NCBI GenBank assembly: GCA_013239625.1
Contig: MU053629.1
Span: 4,925,567 to 4,989,566 of the forward strand
Length of the DNA stretch: 64,000 nt
Source: Lama guanicoe
Taxonomy: Eukaryota
Direction of reading: 5' to 3'
Shown piece after piece: positions 13,196 through 26,540 of this stretch. The notes under the pieces were generated by a model. The model saw only the letters and a list, made by a program, of their open reading frames with translations. It ran no database searches and was not told the origin of the DNA. The position numbers and the translations under genes are program-made. Each line of letters begins with the position of its first letter. The first letter of the stretch is position 1.

Positions 13196-14259
13196 AAAAA
13201 AAAAAGAAGAGGATATGGCAGTCAGCTGGGGGAAAGGTGATGCTAAGCTTTGGACCAGTGAGCTCATAGTGATTACATTCTTATCCATCCTCCACCAAAC
13301 CTTTGAAATAGGTAGTATAATGATTCTTCATATAAAGAGGAGGATATTCAGACCTAAGGATACAAAGCACACTAGGGCCAGAGTTTGCATACGAAGCCCA
13401 GATCAACTCCAAAAGCCCTGGTTCTTAATAATCACACTTTGCTGGTCTGGGATGGGGGAAAGCAGTAACTTAGGAATTCTCTTATTCCTCTGTAGCTAAA
13501 GAGTCACATGAGAAGCAGAAGTGGGGCCCCTAAAGTGTGTGTCTCAAAGACATATATAATATATTATACACATAACTTTGAAAAGATAGAAGGAAATAAA
13601 AATTTTAAATAAAAATTGCTTAAAATCCCATACTCTGAGATAACCTCTGTTTAATATATTAGAATCTACCTGTCCATATTTTTTTCCATGTGTAAATATA
13701 CCTTTTGAAAATTGGATTATAGGGTAATAAAAAAAAAAGAAGAGGATATGGCAGTCAGCTGGGGGAAAGGTGATGCTAAGCTTTGGACCAGTGAGCTCAT
13801 AGTGATTACATTCTTATCCATCCTCCACCAAACCTTTGAAATAGGTAGTATAATGATTCTTCATATAAAGAGGAGGATATTCAGACCTAAGGATACAAAG
13901 CACACTAGGGCCAGAGTTTGCATACGAAGCCCAGATCAACTCCAAAAGCCCTGGTTCTTAATAATCACACTTTGCTGGTCTGGGATGGGGGAAAGCAGTA
14001 ACTTAGGAATTCTCTTATTCCTCTGTAGCTAAAGAGTCACATGAGAAGCAGAAGTGGGGCCCCTAAAGTGTGTGTCTCAAAGACATATATAATATATTAT
14101 ACACATAACTTTGAAAAGATAGAAGGAAATAAAAATTTTAAATAAAAATTGCTTAAAATCCCATACTCTGAGATAACCTCTGTTTAATATATTAGAATCT
14201 ACCTGTCCATATTTTTTTCCATGTGTAAATATACCTTTAGAAAATTGGATTATAGGGTA
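13196..14259 (+). repeat. Near-perfect 533-bp tandem duplication
   Basis: 13206-13726 recurs at 13739-14259. By eye there is one mismatch (ccttttgaa vs cctttagaa). The ORF track shows the same peptide twice, 533 bp apart. Confidence 0.97.
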
Positions 14260-15039
14260 GGTATTATTTTATAATGGGATATTCCCACTTCATATATTTT
14301 GAACATTTTCCCCACAGGATTAAATGTGGAAATTTCATTCTATAAGCTCATTTGTAATGATTGCAAAGTATTCCTTTATTAATTGAGCACCTACTATGTG
14401 AGAGGTACTGTCCTGGGCTCTTGAGACACATCAATTAATAAAAGTGAGAAAAAAATCCCCTTCTTTGTGTAAGAAGGGACAGTCATTTTAAAAAAGAAAT
14501 CTAATAAATAAATAAATGTAGGGCCCTGTAAGCTGATGTAAGGATTTTTATTTTTGCTGAGTGAAATGGGGAACCATTGCACTGCCTATTGTGTTAATAT
14601 GGAATTTATCCAACCAATCCAGGCATTAGTTGGACATTAAATTATTTCCAATATTTTGTTATTATAAAAAACATATTTTTATATACAGATATACAATAGA
14701 CTTTTTTGTTTACTGGATGTTTAATATTATCATCATAAAAGTAATACATTCTAGCATGACTGGGTCATTATGTTGTACACCAGAAATTGACACATTGTAA
14801 CTGGCTATACTTCAATTAAATATATATATATATATTTATCATAATTGTGACAAGCCAAACAATATAGAGAAATATACAGAAATTTTAATAACGTCCTCAT
14901 TAGCCTCTTCCAGTTTCACCCTTCTGAGGTAATTAAAGTGAATCAGTCAAGAAAACAGAAAATACATGGGTATTTTAACAGAGATAATTTTATCCAGGAT
15001 AGGGTTGACATGCTAAGGCCCATACTTCATTCAAGTACA

Positions 15040-15205
15040 ATATTTGGCCAAATTCCACCCACACCTATTTTTGTAAATAAAGTTTTATTGTAACACAGCC
15101 ATGCACATTCGTTTCTGTATCATCAATGGCTGCTTTCATGCTACAACAGCAGAACTGAGTAGTTGTGACGGGCACAGTATGGCGTTCAGAGCCTAAAATA
15201 TAAAA
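15040..15205. mobile_element. MER58A-like fragment
   Basis: tttttgtaaataaagttttattgtaacacagccatgc...ggctgctttcatgctacaacagcagaactgagtagttgtgac. Confidence 0.7.
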
Positions 15206-15214
15206 AAGTTAAGG

Positions 15215-15581
15215 ATCTGGAGATGGGGAGATGAAGCATGGATTATCAATGTGGGTCCAATGTAATCACAGGAGTCCTTACAAGCGGTAGAGGGAGGCAG
15301 AAGAGTCAGATTTAAAGATGCCATGTTGCTGTCTCTGAAGGTGAAGGAAGGGGTCATGAACCAAAGAATGCAGGCAGCTTCTAGGAGCTGGAAAAGGCAA
15401 GGAAATGGGTCCTTTCCTAGACGCTCCAGAAGGAATGAAGGCTTGCAGACACTGATTTTAACCCAGTGAAATGCATTTTGGACTTCTGACGTCCAGAATG
15501 GTAAAGTAGTAAATTTGTGTTGTTTGTCTTAAGGCACTAGGTTTGTGGTGATCTATTAGAGCAGCAACAGCAAACTAACAC
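15215..15581 (+). mobile_element. MaLR LTR (MLT1C/D-like)
   Basis: caatgtaatcacaggagtcctta...gcagcttctaggagctggaaaaggcaaggaa...ttttggacttctgacgtccagaa...gcagcaacagcaaactaacaca. Confidence 0.75.
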
Positions 15582-18500
15582 AATTGACTTAATAGGTATT
15601 GGAGGTCTGAGGAGGCAAAAAGGGACACTGAGGAAAGACTAAATCTTGTCAAACACAGCCAAAGCATATGGTTAATATTATGCTTCCTAATTGCTTCTTC
15701 TAGAGGAGAAGTCTATTAGGTACACAATCTAACTTCCAAGTAATTTCAGGCAACAGCTTCACCAGATGTTTCACTGGGTAACATGACTCACCATCCTTGT
15801 CACCACCAATGACACTTTTTGGGTCTTTGTTCTGGCAGCATCTCAAATTCGGGATCAAGCCAGGATAAGGCAGATAGGTATGTTAAGGTACGGTAGTAAC
15901 AAACTCCCAAATCTCCATCATTAAAAACAAGGAAAGTTTATTTCTTGCCTATGCAAAATGTCCAGGGTGGGTCAGCAGGGCCATCTCTTCACTGAAGTCA
16001 CTCAGGAATCTTCGCTATGGCCGCCCCAATTCAGCGTCTGCTTCCGCAATCATCACAACGGGGTGGGGGGGTGGGTGTGTAGCACAGATCCATGACTCTG
16101 CCTAGAAGTGACACATCCTCCTCCTAACACTTGGGTATTTGTGGACAAACTTAATGACCATCACAGGTATTTTTGTTTTGAGGGTTCATTGCAGTGAAAT
16201 AGACTATAGGTAACAATAACAACCTCTCATTACCCATCACTGGATCTAGTTTTTTAACTCCATGTAGAACATCTGCTACTTTATTTTTATGGTTCTGAGC
16301 GTGGGCCACCATATTCTAAGCCCCCCTTCAAAAAGTTTTAATTTTGCTTTAAAGCTGAGTAAAAATACCTAATCCTTAAGACTGAGTTCCTGCCACTAAA
16401 CCAGACTACTCAAAGTAAGTTATAACTGGGATATTTCTGTATTCTTCCTTCTTCTATACCTGATATTTCATTCTGCAATTCTTTTGAAGACTGAAAGCAC
16501 TGGTTAATAATGCATTTTTCAAGAAGGTCAATTCAGAAAAACTAAAAATGTTTGGTTTAATGCAAAATAAAAGTTTTGTTTTATTTTTGCTTTTATTCAA
16601 AATAAAAAATGGCTTAACTTTGTTCACTAAAACAATGGGTATTTCATAAAGTTAGTATGGTCTACTTTGTGGAATGGAAGAATGTTAGAGAGAAAAGCAA
16701 ACGGTTGTTTAGCAACTAAAAGGTTAATATAAATATCTGGGCATATTTGAGAAGGAGCAACATGAGGCAGCTTTCTAATCTTTCATCCTGAAATTAGATC
16801 CTAGGTCTGTCTTGAAGCTCGGCTCCCTGAGTGCAGGCTTCTTAATCATTGGTTGAAAATTCCTTGACAGAAAATAAACATTACAGTGAGGATGGCTGCT
16901 GAAAACTCCTTGTCTGTGAAGAAACAGACAAGACAGCAGGAAAGTAAGCAAAGGAGGCATTCATTCATTCATTCATTCAGCTAGAGTTCATTGAGTTCCT
17001 GTTTTATGTCAGGTCCTATTCTAGGTACAGGGGGTACAGTGGAAAACAAGACAGGTATGAACCCTGACCTCCTGGAGCTTACTCCTAGGTATGGGAGTGC
17101 ACCAAGCAGACAAATAGATAAAACAATTTCACTCTGTGATAACAACAATGAAAACAAACAAATGAGAGAATGCTGCATCAGACAGGGTTGTTGGCTGTAA
17201 GCAAGTCAATCCACTTAGGTTAAAAAAAGAAAGAAAGAAATGAAAGTTATTAGAAGATAACTGGGAACTCTTAGGAACAAAGGGAGCCTGGATGAGTGGA
17301 CTTGGAATGTGAACCAGAACCCTGAGAGATCCGGGGACTGGGTCGCAGGAACCGCCGAGAAGGTGGTGCTGCAGAAAGCTGTGCTCGCTGGGTCTCTGCC
17401 CTTGTGTCTCTGTGTCTCAGCAGAGAACCAGGGAACCAGCAGTGAGGTTTTGCTTGATCGGGCTTCGTTCACGCACGTCTCTGTGAAGTCTGCTGTCATG
17501 GAGGTGACTTAGATGTGGGTCAGCCAGAAACAAGGCAAATATCAACTAGAGGCACAATAAACTCTACCAAGTACTGTCCTTGGATAGCAAGGCTTCTCAG
17601 AGAGAGTAACATTTAAGCTGGGCCAAGCCTGTTCCATTCCTCTTCCCAATTTGCCACACTCTGGTTTTAATGAGTGTTTTCCCGTTGCCTGATGAAGTTG
17701 AGCATCTTTTCATATATCTATTGGCCATTTGGAATATGCTCTTTAGGGAAGTGCCAGTTCAACCCTCTTGTCTATTTGCTCTGTTGGGTTATCTGCTTTT
17801 TATTTTGCTCAATTGCTTTGAAGGAGTTTTATAAACTTCTTGTATAATATTCTGGATGATCTCTTTTGTTGGATACATATATTTCAAGTATGTTTTCCCA
17901 CTATTGGCTTGCCTTTTCTATATCTTAATAGTGTCTTATGGTGAAGAGAAGTTTTAAATTTTATGTATCTAATTTATCAGTGTTTTCCTTTGTGGTTGGC
18001 ACTTTTATATCTCATTTAAGAAATCTCTGCCTATCTCAAGATCATAAAGATATTCTTCTATGTTAACTTGCAGAAGATTTATTTATTTTATATTTCATAT
18101 TTAAATTTGTAATTTGTCTGTAATTGCTTAATTAATTAATTGTTCCCTTCGAGACAGCATTTGCTATTCCTCAATCATTGCATTTCTGTAAATATTGGAA
18201 TCAGTTTAATAGTATCCGTAACAATTTGATTACAATTACATTGAATATATTCCAATGAAATACATATTTAGATTGGGGAAGAACTTACATCTTTACAATA
18301 TTGAGTATTCAAATCTATGAAAAGAATATAATCCTTCAATTTATTTAAGCCTTTAATTTCAGCAAACGTTTAATAGATTTCAGTGTAGACTTTTTTTTTG
18401 TAAGATGTGTTCTGATTTTTTTGTTGTTATTTTTAAAATGTAACTGTAATTGGCATCTTTTTCTGAATTACATCTTCTATTTGTTTATTCCTGTTATATA

Positions 18501-19078
18501 GGAATATAATTGATTTTTGGTAGCTCACGTTGTATCCAATGAAATTCACTTATTAGTAAATTCTAATAGTTTTTCCGAGAATGCTTTGCTGTTTTCTTCC
18601 ACGCACCATCATGTTCTCTGTGAACAACAGTTTTATTACTTCCTTTCCAATCCTGATTTTTTTCCTTCTTCTTACCTTGTCATCTTTGTCTCATTCTTGT
18701 TTTCAAAAGAAATATTTTCAACATTTTACTATTAAGTATGTTTCCTGTAGGTTTTTGATAGATACTTATAATCGTATTAAGGCGTTTCCTTCTATTACTA
18801 GTTTATTAAAGTTAGTGTCACAAATAGGTGTTTAAATTTTATTAAATGATTTTCCTGACTCTATCAACATGATCATATCATTTCTCTCTTTTGGTTTCTG
18901 TTAATGTGGTGAATTAAAATGGTTGGTTTTCAAATGTTCAACATTTTTTTGTTTTCTTAGAATAAGCCCCTCTTTGTTATATTCCATTATGCTTTTATAT
19001 ATATATATAATATATATATATTTTTTTTAAAGAAAGAATTTCCTTTCTCTTCCTCTTCTTTTATTTTTTCTTTTTTTG

Positions 19079-19214
19079 GCTTTTTAATTTTCTATTTTGA
19101 GAGGAGGTAAATAAGTTTATTTATTTGTTTGTTTTTTAGTGGAGCTACTGGGGATTGAACCCAGGACCTCATGCATACTAAGCATGCGCTCTACCACTGA
19201 GTTTTACCCTCCCT
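19079..19214 (-). mobile_element. tRNA-Ala-derived SINE
   Basis: actggggattgaacccaggacctcatgcatactaagcatgcgctctaccactgag is the reverse complement of the SINE head. Confidence 0.9.
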
Positions 19215-19459
19215 CCTCCCTTATGCTTATGTCTGTATTACTGGATTCATTTTGTTAAGACTTTGCTGAAGATTTTCATCCCTATGAGAATGAGAAAGAA
19301 TTGCCTATACTTTTCCTTTCTTGTAATATCCTTGTCAGATTTTGGTTTCACAGTCTTGGCCTCATAAAGTGTTGAGTGTGTTATACCTTTTTCTATCTTT
19401 TTGTATCCTTGAGAAGACTTTAAGATTGATTATTTTGTCCTTTTGTTTGTTTGTTTGTA

Positions 19460-19855
19460 TTCTTTTCTTTTCCATGATAGTTCATTACAAGATATTGAAT
19501 ATAGTTCCCTGTGCTATACAGTAGGACCTTGTTGTTTATCTGTTTTATATATAGTAGTTAGAATCTACTACCCCAAACTCCTAAGTTATTCCTCTCCCTC
19601 CTTTCCCCTTTGGTGACCATAAGTTTGTTTTCTATGTCTGTGAGTCTATTTCTGTTTTGTAAATAAGTTCACTTGTATCATTTTTTAGATTCTACATGTA
19701 AGTGATATCACATGATATGTGTCTTTCTCTGAGTTACTTCACTTAGTAAGATAATCTCTAGGTCCATCCATGTTGCTGCAAATGGCATTATTTCATTCTT
19801 TTCATGGCTGAAAAAATTCCCTTGTATCTATATACCACAACTTCCTTATCCATTT
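19460..19855 (-). mobile_element. Younger L1 3' end
   Basis: gatattgaatatagttccctgtgctatacagtaggacc...ggtccatccatgttgctgcaaatggcattatttcattc, a typical cetartiodactyl L1 3' end. Confidence 0.85.
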
Positions 19856-20984
19856 ATTAAGATTGAGTATTATTTCTTCCTTAATTGTCTGGAAAATTCA
19901 CTGGTGAAATCATCTGTGTCTGGAGTTTTCTTTGTAAGAAAATTTAAAATAGTGGATTCAACTGTTTAAAATAGATGTAGGTCTATTTTCATTTTCTTGG
20001 ACATGAGTCAGTTTTGATAAGTTGTATGTTTTATGGAATTTGTTCATTTCGTTTAAACCATCCACTGTATTGGAATCAGGCTGCTCATAGTATTTTTTTA
20101 AAGTATCTTTTCTAGTGTGTGTAGGATCCGTAGTGATCCTTTGTTCATTCATGACAATGATCATTTCTTTCTCTTTTTTTTTTCTTCTTGATCAGTTTTA
20201 CTAGGGGGTAGCCAATTTTAGTAAACTTTTCAAATAGCCAACTTTTGGCTTTGTTGATCTTTGCTATTTCATATTTGTTTTAAATTTTATCTCTGCTCTC
20301 ATTTTTTTATTATTTTCTTACTGCCAGTTTGATTTGCTATTCTCCTAATATCTTCTTGAGATGGAAACTTACATAATTGATTTTCAACCTTTAAATTTTT
20401 CTAATATGGTATCTATGACTGTAAGTTTCCCTCTAAGTTTGTTTGGTTTACTATTTTTTTAAGTGTGCTAAGTTACATGACAAAAAAATTTCCACTCAAG
20501 AGTTAAACAAATTCAGCAAATGTGTGAAATACAAAATCAACACAGAAAAATTAGTTGTCTTTCTATACACTAGCAAGGAACAATTTTTAAAAGAAAATTA
20601 AAATAATTTCATTTGTAATAATATTAAAAAGAATAAAATTCTTGGGAATAAATTTAACCGAGGGATTCATAAGGAAGACTGGTCTGTTGTTTTACTGTAC
20701 TGTCTTTGTCTCAGTCTCAGGCTACTGCTGGTCTTACAGAATAAGTTAGGAAATGTTACCCTCTCTTCAATTTTCTTGAAGAGTTTAAGAAAGATTGGTG
20801 TTAATTCTTTAAATGTTTGGTAGAATTCACTAATGAAACCATCCGGTTCTGGGATTTCTTTGTTGGGAAAGGTTTTAAAAATTACTGATTCAGTGTCCTT
20901 ACTTGTTATAGGGCTACTCAGATTTTCTATTTCTTCCTTTCATGAAATTGATAATAATGTCCACTCTTTCGGTTTCTCTTTTTC

Positions 20985-21124
20985 CTATATATTTATTTAC
21001 TTATTTATGGTGGGAGGAGTTAACTAGGTTTTATTTATTTATTTAATGGAGGTGCTGGGGATTGAACCCAGGATCTTGAGCTTGCTAGAACGTGGGCTCT
21101 ACCACTGAGCTCTTTGCTTCCCCC
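20985..21124 (-). mobile_element. tRNA-Ala-derived SINE
   Basis: ggaggtgctggggattgaacccagg...ctctaccactgagct, with the family tail on the minus strand. Confidence 0.85.
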
Positions 21125-23692
21125 AACTCTTAGTTTCTGATTTTAGTAATTTGAGTCTTCTCCATTTGTTTACATTAGTCAATCTAGCTACAGATTTGTT
21201 AATTTTGTTGATCTTCTCAAAGAACCACCTTTTGATTTTGTTGATTTTCTCTACTGTTTTTCTATTCTCAAATTCATTTCTCTCCACTCTAATCTTCATT
21301 ATTTCTTTCTTTCTGCTGTCTTACAGTTTAATTTGCTCTTCTTTTTCTAGTTCCTTAAGGTATACAATTAGATTATTGATTTGAGATCTTTCTCGTTTTT
21401 TTAAATGTATGCATTTATAGCTGTAAATTTCCATCTGAGCATTGTTTTCATTGCACCCTATAAGTTTCGGTGTGTTGTGTTTTATTTACATTGGTCACAA
21501 AGTAGTTTCTAATTTATCTTGTGGTTTCTTCTTTGATCATTTGGCTATTTATAAGTGTTGTTTAGTTCCCACATATTTGTGCATTTTCTAGTTTTCCTTC
21601 TGTTATTGGTTCCTAGTTTCATTCCATTGTGGCTAGAAAAATATTTTGTATGATTTCAATATTTTTTAATTTATTAGACTTATTTTGTGATCTAACACGT
21701 AGTTTATTCTTGAGAATGCTTCATGTGTATTTGCTTCATATATTTTGGGGCACTGTCATTAAGTACATATATGTTTATATGTGTTGTATATTCTTTGTGG
21801 ATTAAACCTCTTATCAATATAAATGTAAACAAATTAAACTCTCCAATTAAAAGACAAAGATTGGCAGAACAGATTTTTTTAAAACTTTATCAGTATATAA
21901 TGTTCTTCTTTGCCTCCTATTACCTTTTTTTGGTTTAAAATCTATTTTGTCTGATAATTATACAACCACCATAGCTCTCTTTTGGTTATTATTTGTGTAA
22001 AATAATTTACCCCATCCTTTTACTTTCAACCACTTTGTGTCTTTGTATCTAAAGAATGTCTCTTGTAGACAGCATGTAAATGAATTATGTTTTTTAAAAT
22101 CCATTTTGACAATCTCTGTCTTTTAAATAGAGAGTTTAACCATTTACATTTAAAGTAATTATTGATAAGAAAGGATTTTTCTTCTGCCATTTAACTATTT
22201 GTCTTCTTTATGATTTACATACTTTTTATTACTCAATTCCTCCATTGCTGTCTTTTAAAAAAGGTTGACTTTTGTGTGGTGCTTTGATTCCCTTCTTCTT
22301 TCCTTTTCTGTACATATTTTAGTGATTTTTCAACCTCATCTGAATAGTACCAGCTAAAATTCAATAATATACAAACATTCTGCTGACACCACTCTGTCCC
22401 TCCTCCTTTATATTATTTCTATCACATATTGTATCTTTACACTTTGTGTGTCCATTAACATGGACTTATAGATATTATTTTGTGCTTTTGTCTTTTAAAC
22501 TATGTAGGAAAAAACAGGAGAGTTACTAAAAGTACAATAAAGCCGACTCTTACATTTATCTATGTAGTTACCTTTACCAGTGTTCTTTATTTCTTCATAT
22601 GGCTTTAAATTACTATTTACTGTCCTTTCATTTCAACCTAAAGGATTCTCTTTAGCATTTCTTCTAGGGCAGGTTTATTAGTAACAAACTCTCTTATCTT
22701 TTATTTATCTTGGAATATCTTATATTCTCCTTCCTTCTTGAATGATAGGTTTGCTGGATATAGAATTCTTATCTCACAGTTTTTTTTTTTCTTTCAGTAC
22801 TTTAAATATACCATCTTGTTGCTCTCTAGCCTCTATGGTTTCTGATGAGAAATCAGCTGTTAATTTGATTGAGGATGATAGTATGTGATAAACTGTTTTT
22901 CTCTTACTGCTTTCAAGATTCTCTCTGTGTCTTTGGGCCTTGATAATTTGACTATAATATGTCTCATAAATCAATCTGAGTTTACCCTACTTGGAGTAGG
23001 GTATGTGTATTTGTGTATTTCATCAAATTTGGAAATTTTCTGCCCAAAATTTCTTCAAATATTCTCTTTCTTTTTTCCTTCTGTAACTCTAATAACTTGT
23101 ATATTGGTCCAGTTGATGGTGCTCTACAGGCCCCTTCGGATCTGTTCACTTCATTTTTTTCTCCTTTTGGCTTCTCAGATTGAATAACTTCAGTTGTCTT
23201 ATATTCAAGTTCATTGATTCTTTCATGTGATTGCTCAGATTTGCTCTTGAACTCCTCTAGTGAATTTTTCATTTCAGGTATCATATTTTTCAGCTCCAGA
23301 ATTTATACTTGGTCCCTTTGAATAACTTCCATCTTTTTATTGATATTCTCATTTTATTCAAACATCATTTTCCTGGTTTCCTTTAGTTTTTTGAGAGTAC
23401 TTTAGATAGTGGTTTTAAAGTCTTTGTATAATAAGTTCAATGTCTGAGCTTCCTCAGGGATAATTTCTGTCAATTATTTTTTTCATTGTATGAACCATAT
23501 TTTCCTGTTTCTTTCTACATTTGTGATTTTTTGTTGCTGTTGAAAGCTAGACATTTGAATGATATATGGGTTATCTCTGGAATTCACACAATCTACCTTC
23601 CCCAGAATATGCTGTTCTTGATTGTTGAAGCCTCAGCTTGTATTTAGCCAGTATTTTTATTGAGATTTCCTTGAACACTGGTAACTTAAAAA

Positions 23693-23752
23693 AAATAAAT
23701 AAAAATAAAAATAAAAATAAAAAATAACAATAATAATAATAAAAAATAAAAA
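23693..23752 (+). repeat. (AAAAAT)n/(AAT)n simple repeat
   Basis: Read directly from the sequence. Confidence 0.9.
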
Positions 23753-24459
23753 CAACACCCTCTCCCAATCTTTGCAGTTGGCTCAGTGTAGGGGGATTCC
23801 TTTAACACTTAGCTAGGCCGTTTGAAATTTTCTCAACCTTCACTTCCTGGTAGCACTGAGCATATAGACAATGGTAGAATCTCAGTATCTTCTTGGGTCT
23901 TTCCTGAGAATGCATCTTGTCTCAGGCATATGTGTAGCTCTCTAAATGCCCCTGTGTTCACAAGCATTTTTGAATTTGAATATCCCAATTCCCCAGCATA
24001 TTTATCTCCCCAGGTTTACTTCCAGAGTTTAGGCGGTCTACTGTATGTACCAACTGTAGTCTTTGGCCCCAGGCAGCTGCAGGTTGTTTGTTCACCTTAT
24101 AACAGTGTTTTCAAGCAATGCCTACTGCTTTTTTTGCTGTGGATTCCACGTTAGGCAAAATAGAGGCTAGAGCTTTGAATTAGTCCTTCAGCTATCCCCT
24201 AGACAGACTGGAACAAACACAATGATCACAAGGGACCAGGGTTCCACCCTGGGAGACAGGGAGGGAGCAGGGCTGGGGCAAGTAAAGTTGTCATACCATT
24301 TTCTTACCATTTTTAAGTTGCCTTTATAAAATAATAATAATAAGCATTTTCTTGATTGCTGTAAACCTTTGACTGTTTTCCAGAGTTCCAATAAAGTTGA
24401 TCTGACAGCTTTTGGTTGTTTTTTTCCATGTTTCTGTGGAGGTATGGGATTTGTACACA

Positions 24460-24971
24460 TTTACTCCATAGACAAAGTGCAGGGAGGTGTGGGGGTGGTT
24501 AAAGTAAAAGTGGATACACTCCATAGACAGACTTAGGAGATACACATTCCAAAGGCAGAATGCGGGCTATCTCAAGAGGCAAGAGGAAAAAGGTGAGAGG
24601 TGAGAGGTGAGAGGCAGCAGCCTCAGAGCATGAGTTGTCTGGGAAAGTGACATCATCCACGAGGTGTGGGGCTGTTAGTTTTCATGGGCAGGGTAACTTC
24701 ATATGCTAACAAATGGGAGGATCATTCCAGTCAGTTTGGAGAATGGGCTGAGATTCCCAGGAATTGGGCCACCACCCACTTTTTGACCTTTAATGGATAG
24801 CCTCGGAACTGTCATGGCACCTGTGGGAGTGCCATTTACCATGCTAACCTATTACAACGAGTGTATAATGAAGCTCAAGGTCTACTGGGAGTTGAATCTT
24901 TTGCCATCTTGGTGCTAATTGCTATGCCATCCTTTTAATGGTTGTGTCCTGCCCCCTTCCCTCCTGTCTCA
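24460..24971 (-). mobile_element. Truncated ERV solo LTR (same family as 25414-26061)
   Basis: Ends ...cctgcccccttccctcctgtctca, the reverse complement of TGAGACAGGAGGGAAGGGGGCAGG. Confidence 0.88.
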
Positions 24972-25413
24972 TGTCTGTGATTCATTCTGGGTTAATTTTT
25001 AAGTGTTGAGTGAGACCCACAATAGTTTTAGGGTCCCATTAAAGTGTTATAAATCTTGAAAATGAGAAGAAAAAAATAAATACAATCTGCTTGGATTACA
25101 TTCATCTTTGTTCCGACGCAGCTGTAAAAATATAATTTTAAGTTTTTCTATGGAAGAAAGGGCCTTTGAGGTTCTGACACCAAATATGTGGAGTCTTTCC
25201 ACATCAATTTTCCAGCACTAACTAGGTATCCAACAATTCACTTTTGACACTAACTCCAGGAGGAGGCTCAGACCCACAGATTAAGTGCTCAGTCCCACAA
25301 GACTGCACCTACTTCAGATACCAGTTGCCAGTTCCATAGGCCACTTGTACTTCTGACTACTACCTTTGAGGATTCCTACAATCCTCTCCTCAGTTTCAAT
25401 AATTCAGAAAAAG

Positions 25414-26061
25414 TGAGACAGGAGGGAAGGGGGCAGGGCAGAGCCATTCAAAGAATGACAGCAGTTTAACATCAAAATGGTGGAAGATTCAACTCCCAGT
25501 TGATCTTGAGGATTAAGTTGGCAGGAGGTTTGACTTCTAGTAGACCTTGAGCTTCATTATATGCTCATTGTAACAGCCTATAATGATAAATAACATGCCT
25601 GCTGGCGCCATGACAGTCCAAGGTGAACCACAAAAGGCCGAAGAATGTTCGGTGGCCCAATTCCTGGGAATCCCAGCCCCTTCCCCAGGGTAGTTGGAAT
25701 GGTCCCACCTGTAGGCGTGTGAAGCTACCGAGCCCATAAAAACTGGCAACACCATGCCTAGCGGCCCTTTTTCACTCCCTCCTCTTCAGAGACGGCCTGC
25801 ACTCTGTCTATGGAGTGAGTACCTACATTTACTTTAACCTGAGCACCCAACTCTACACCTCTTTCCTTGCCTTTCTCTTGCCTTACACTCTATGTAGTAT
25901 GTATCTCTCTAAATAACTCTACCTTTACTCAACTGTGGCTCACATTTGAATTCTTTCCTGTGAGAAGCCAAGAACCCACGCCTGGTGGGGCACACCACAG
26001 GGGCTCCACCAAGACCTGGGACATGGCCCTCCTCATGCCCCACATCCGTTTTCCTGCATCA
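25414..26061 (+). mobile_element. Full-length ERV1-like solo LTR (648 bp)
   Basis: TGAGACAGGA...TCCTGCATCA imperfect inverted termini, 4-bp TSD AAAG/GAAG, TATA-like CATAAAAA near 25735; three related copies elsewhere in the window. Confidence 0.9.
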
Positions 26062-26262
26062 GAAGGACTCACAGAACTCAGGAAAACACTTTACTTGCAC
26101 CTGTTTATTGAAAAGGAAACAACTCAGGAACAGCCAAATGGAAGAGATGCAAGGAGTAAGGTCTCAGGGCAGAGGATGCAGAGCTCCCAAACCCTTTTCA
26201 GGCACCAGGCTTCCCAGTACTTCCATGTATTCACCAACCTCCCTCAAACCACATTTGGTCTT

Positions 26263-26540
26263 TTTCCTTTTCTTTTTTAAAATTTTTTATTGATTTATAA
26301 TCATTTTACAATGTTGTGTCAAATTCCAGTGTAGAGCACAATTTTTCAGTTATACATGAACATGTATATATATTCATTGTCACATTTTTTTCTCTGTGAG
26401 CTACTATAAGGTCTTGTATATATTTCCCTGTGCTATACAGTATAATCTTGTTTATCTATTCTACAATTTTGAAATCCCAGTCTATTCTTCCCACCTCCTG
26501 CCCCCTTGGCAACCACAAGTTTGTATTCTATGTCTGTAAT
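26263..26540 (-). mobile_element. 5'-truncated L1 with TSD
   Basis: L1 3' end in antisense; TSD CACATTTGGTCTT at 26250 and 26541. Confidence 0.88.

Larger units (their letters stand above)
17660..24460 (-). mobile_element. Block of old, fragmented L1 sequence (mostly antisense) with younger inserts
   Basis: T-rich + strand. Minus-strand translations resemble L1 ORF2 (KTVEKINKIKRWFFEKINKINK; ITTDP...KKYYEQ) and ORF1 (IKLTADFSSETIEAREQ; EMKNSLEEFKSK). Many stops and frameshifts. Confidence 0.9.

Noticed and set aside
13149..14032. Two near-identical ORFs as a gene pair
   Set aside because: By-product of the 533-bp duplication; no recognisable protein or exon structure.
17660..24460. Intact or active L1
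   Set aside because: Only short ORF fragments remain, with many stops and nested inserts.
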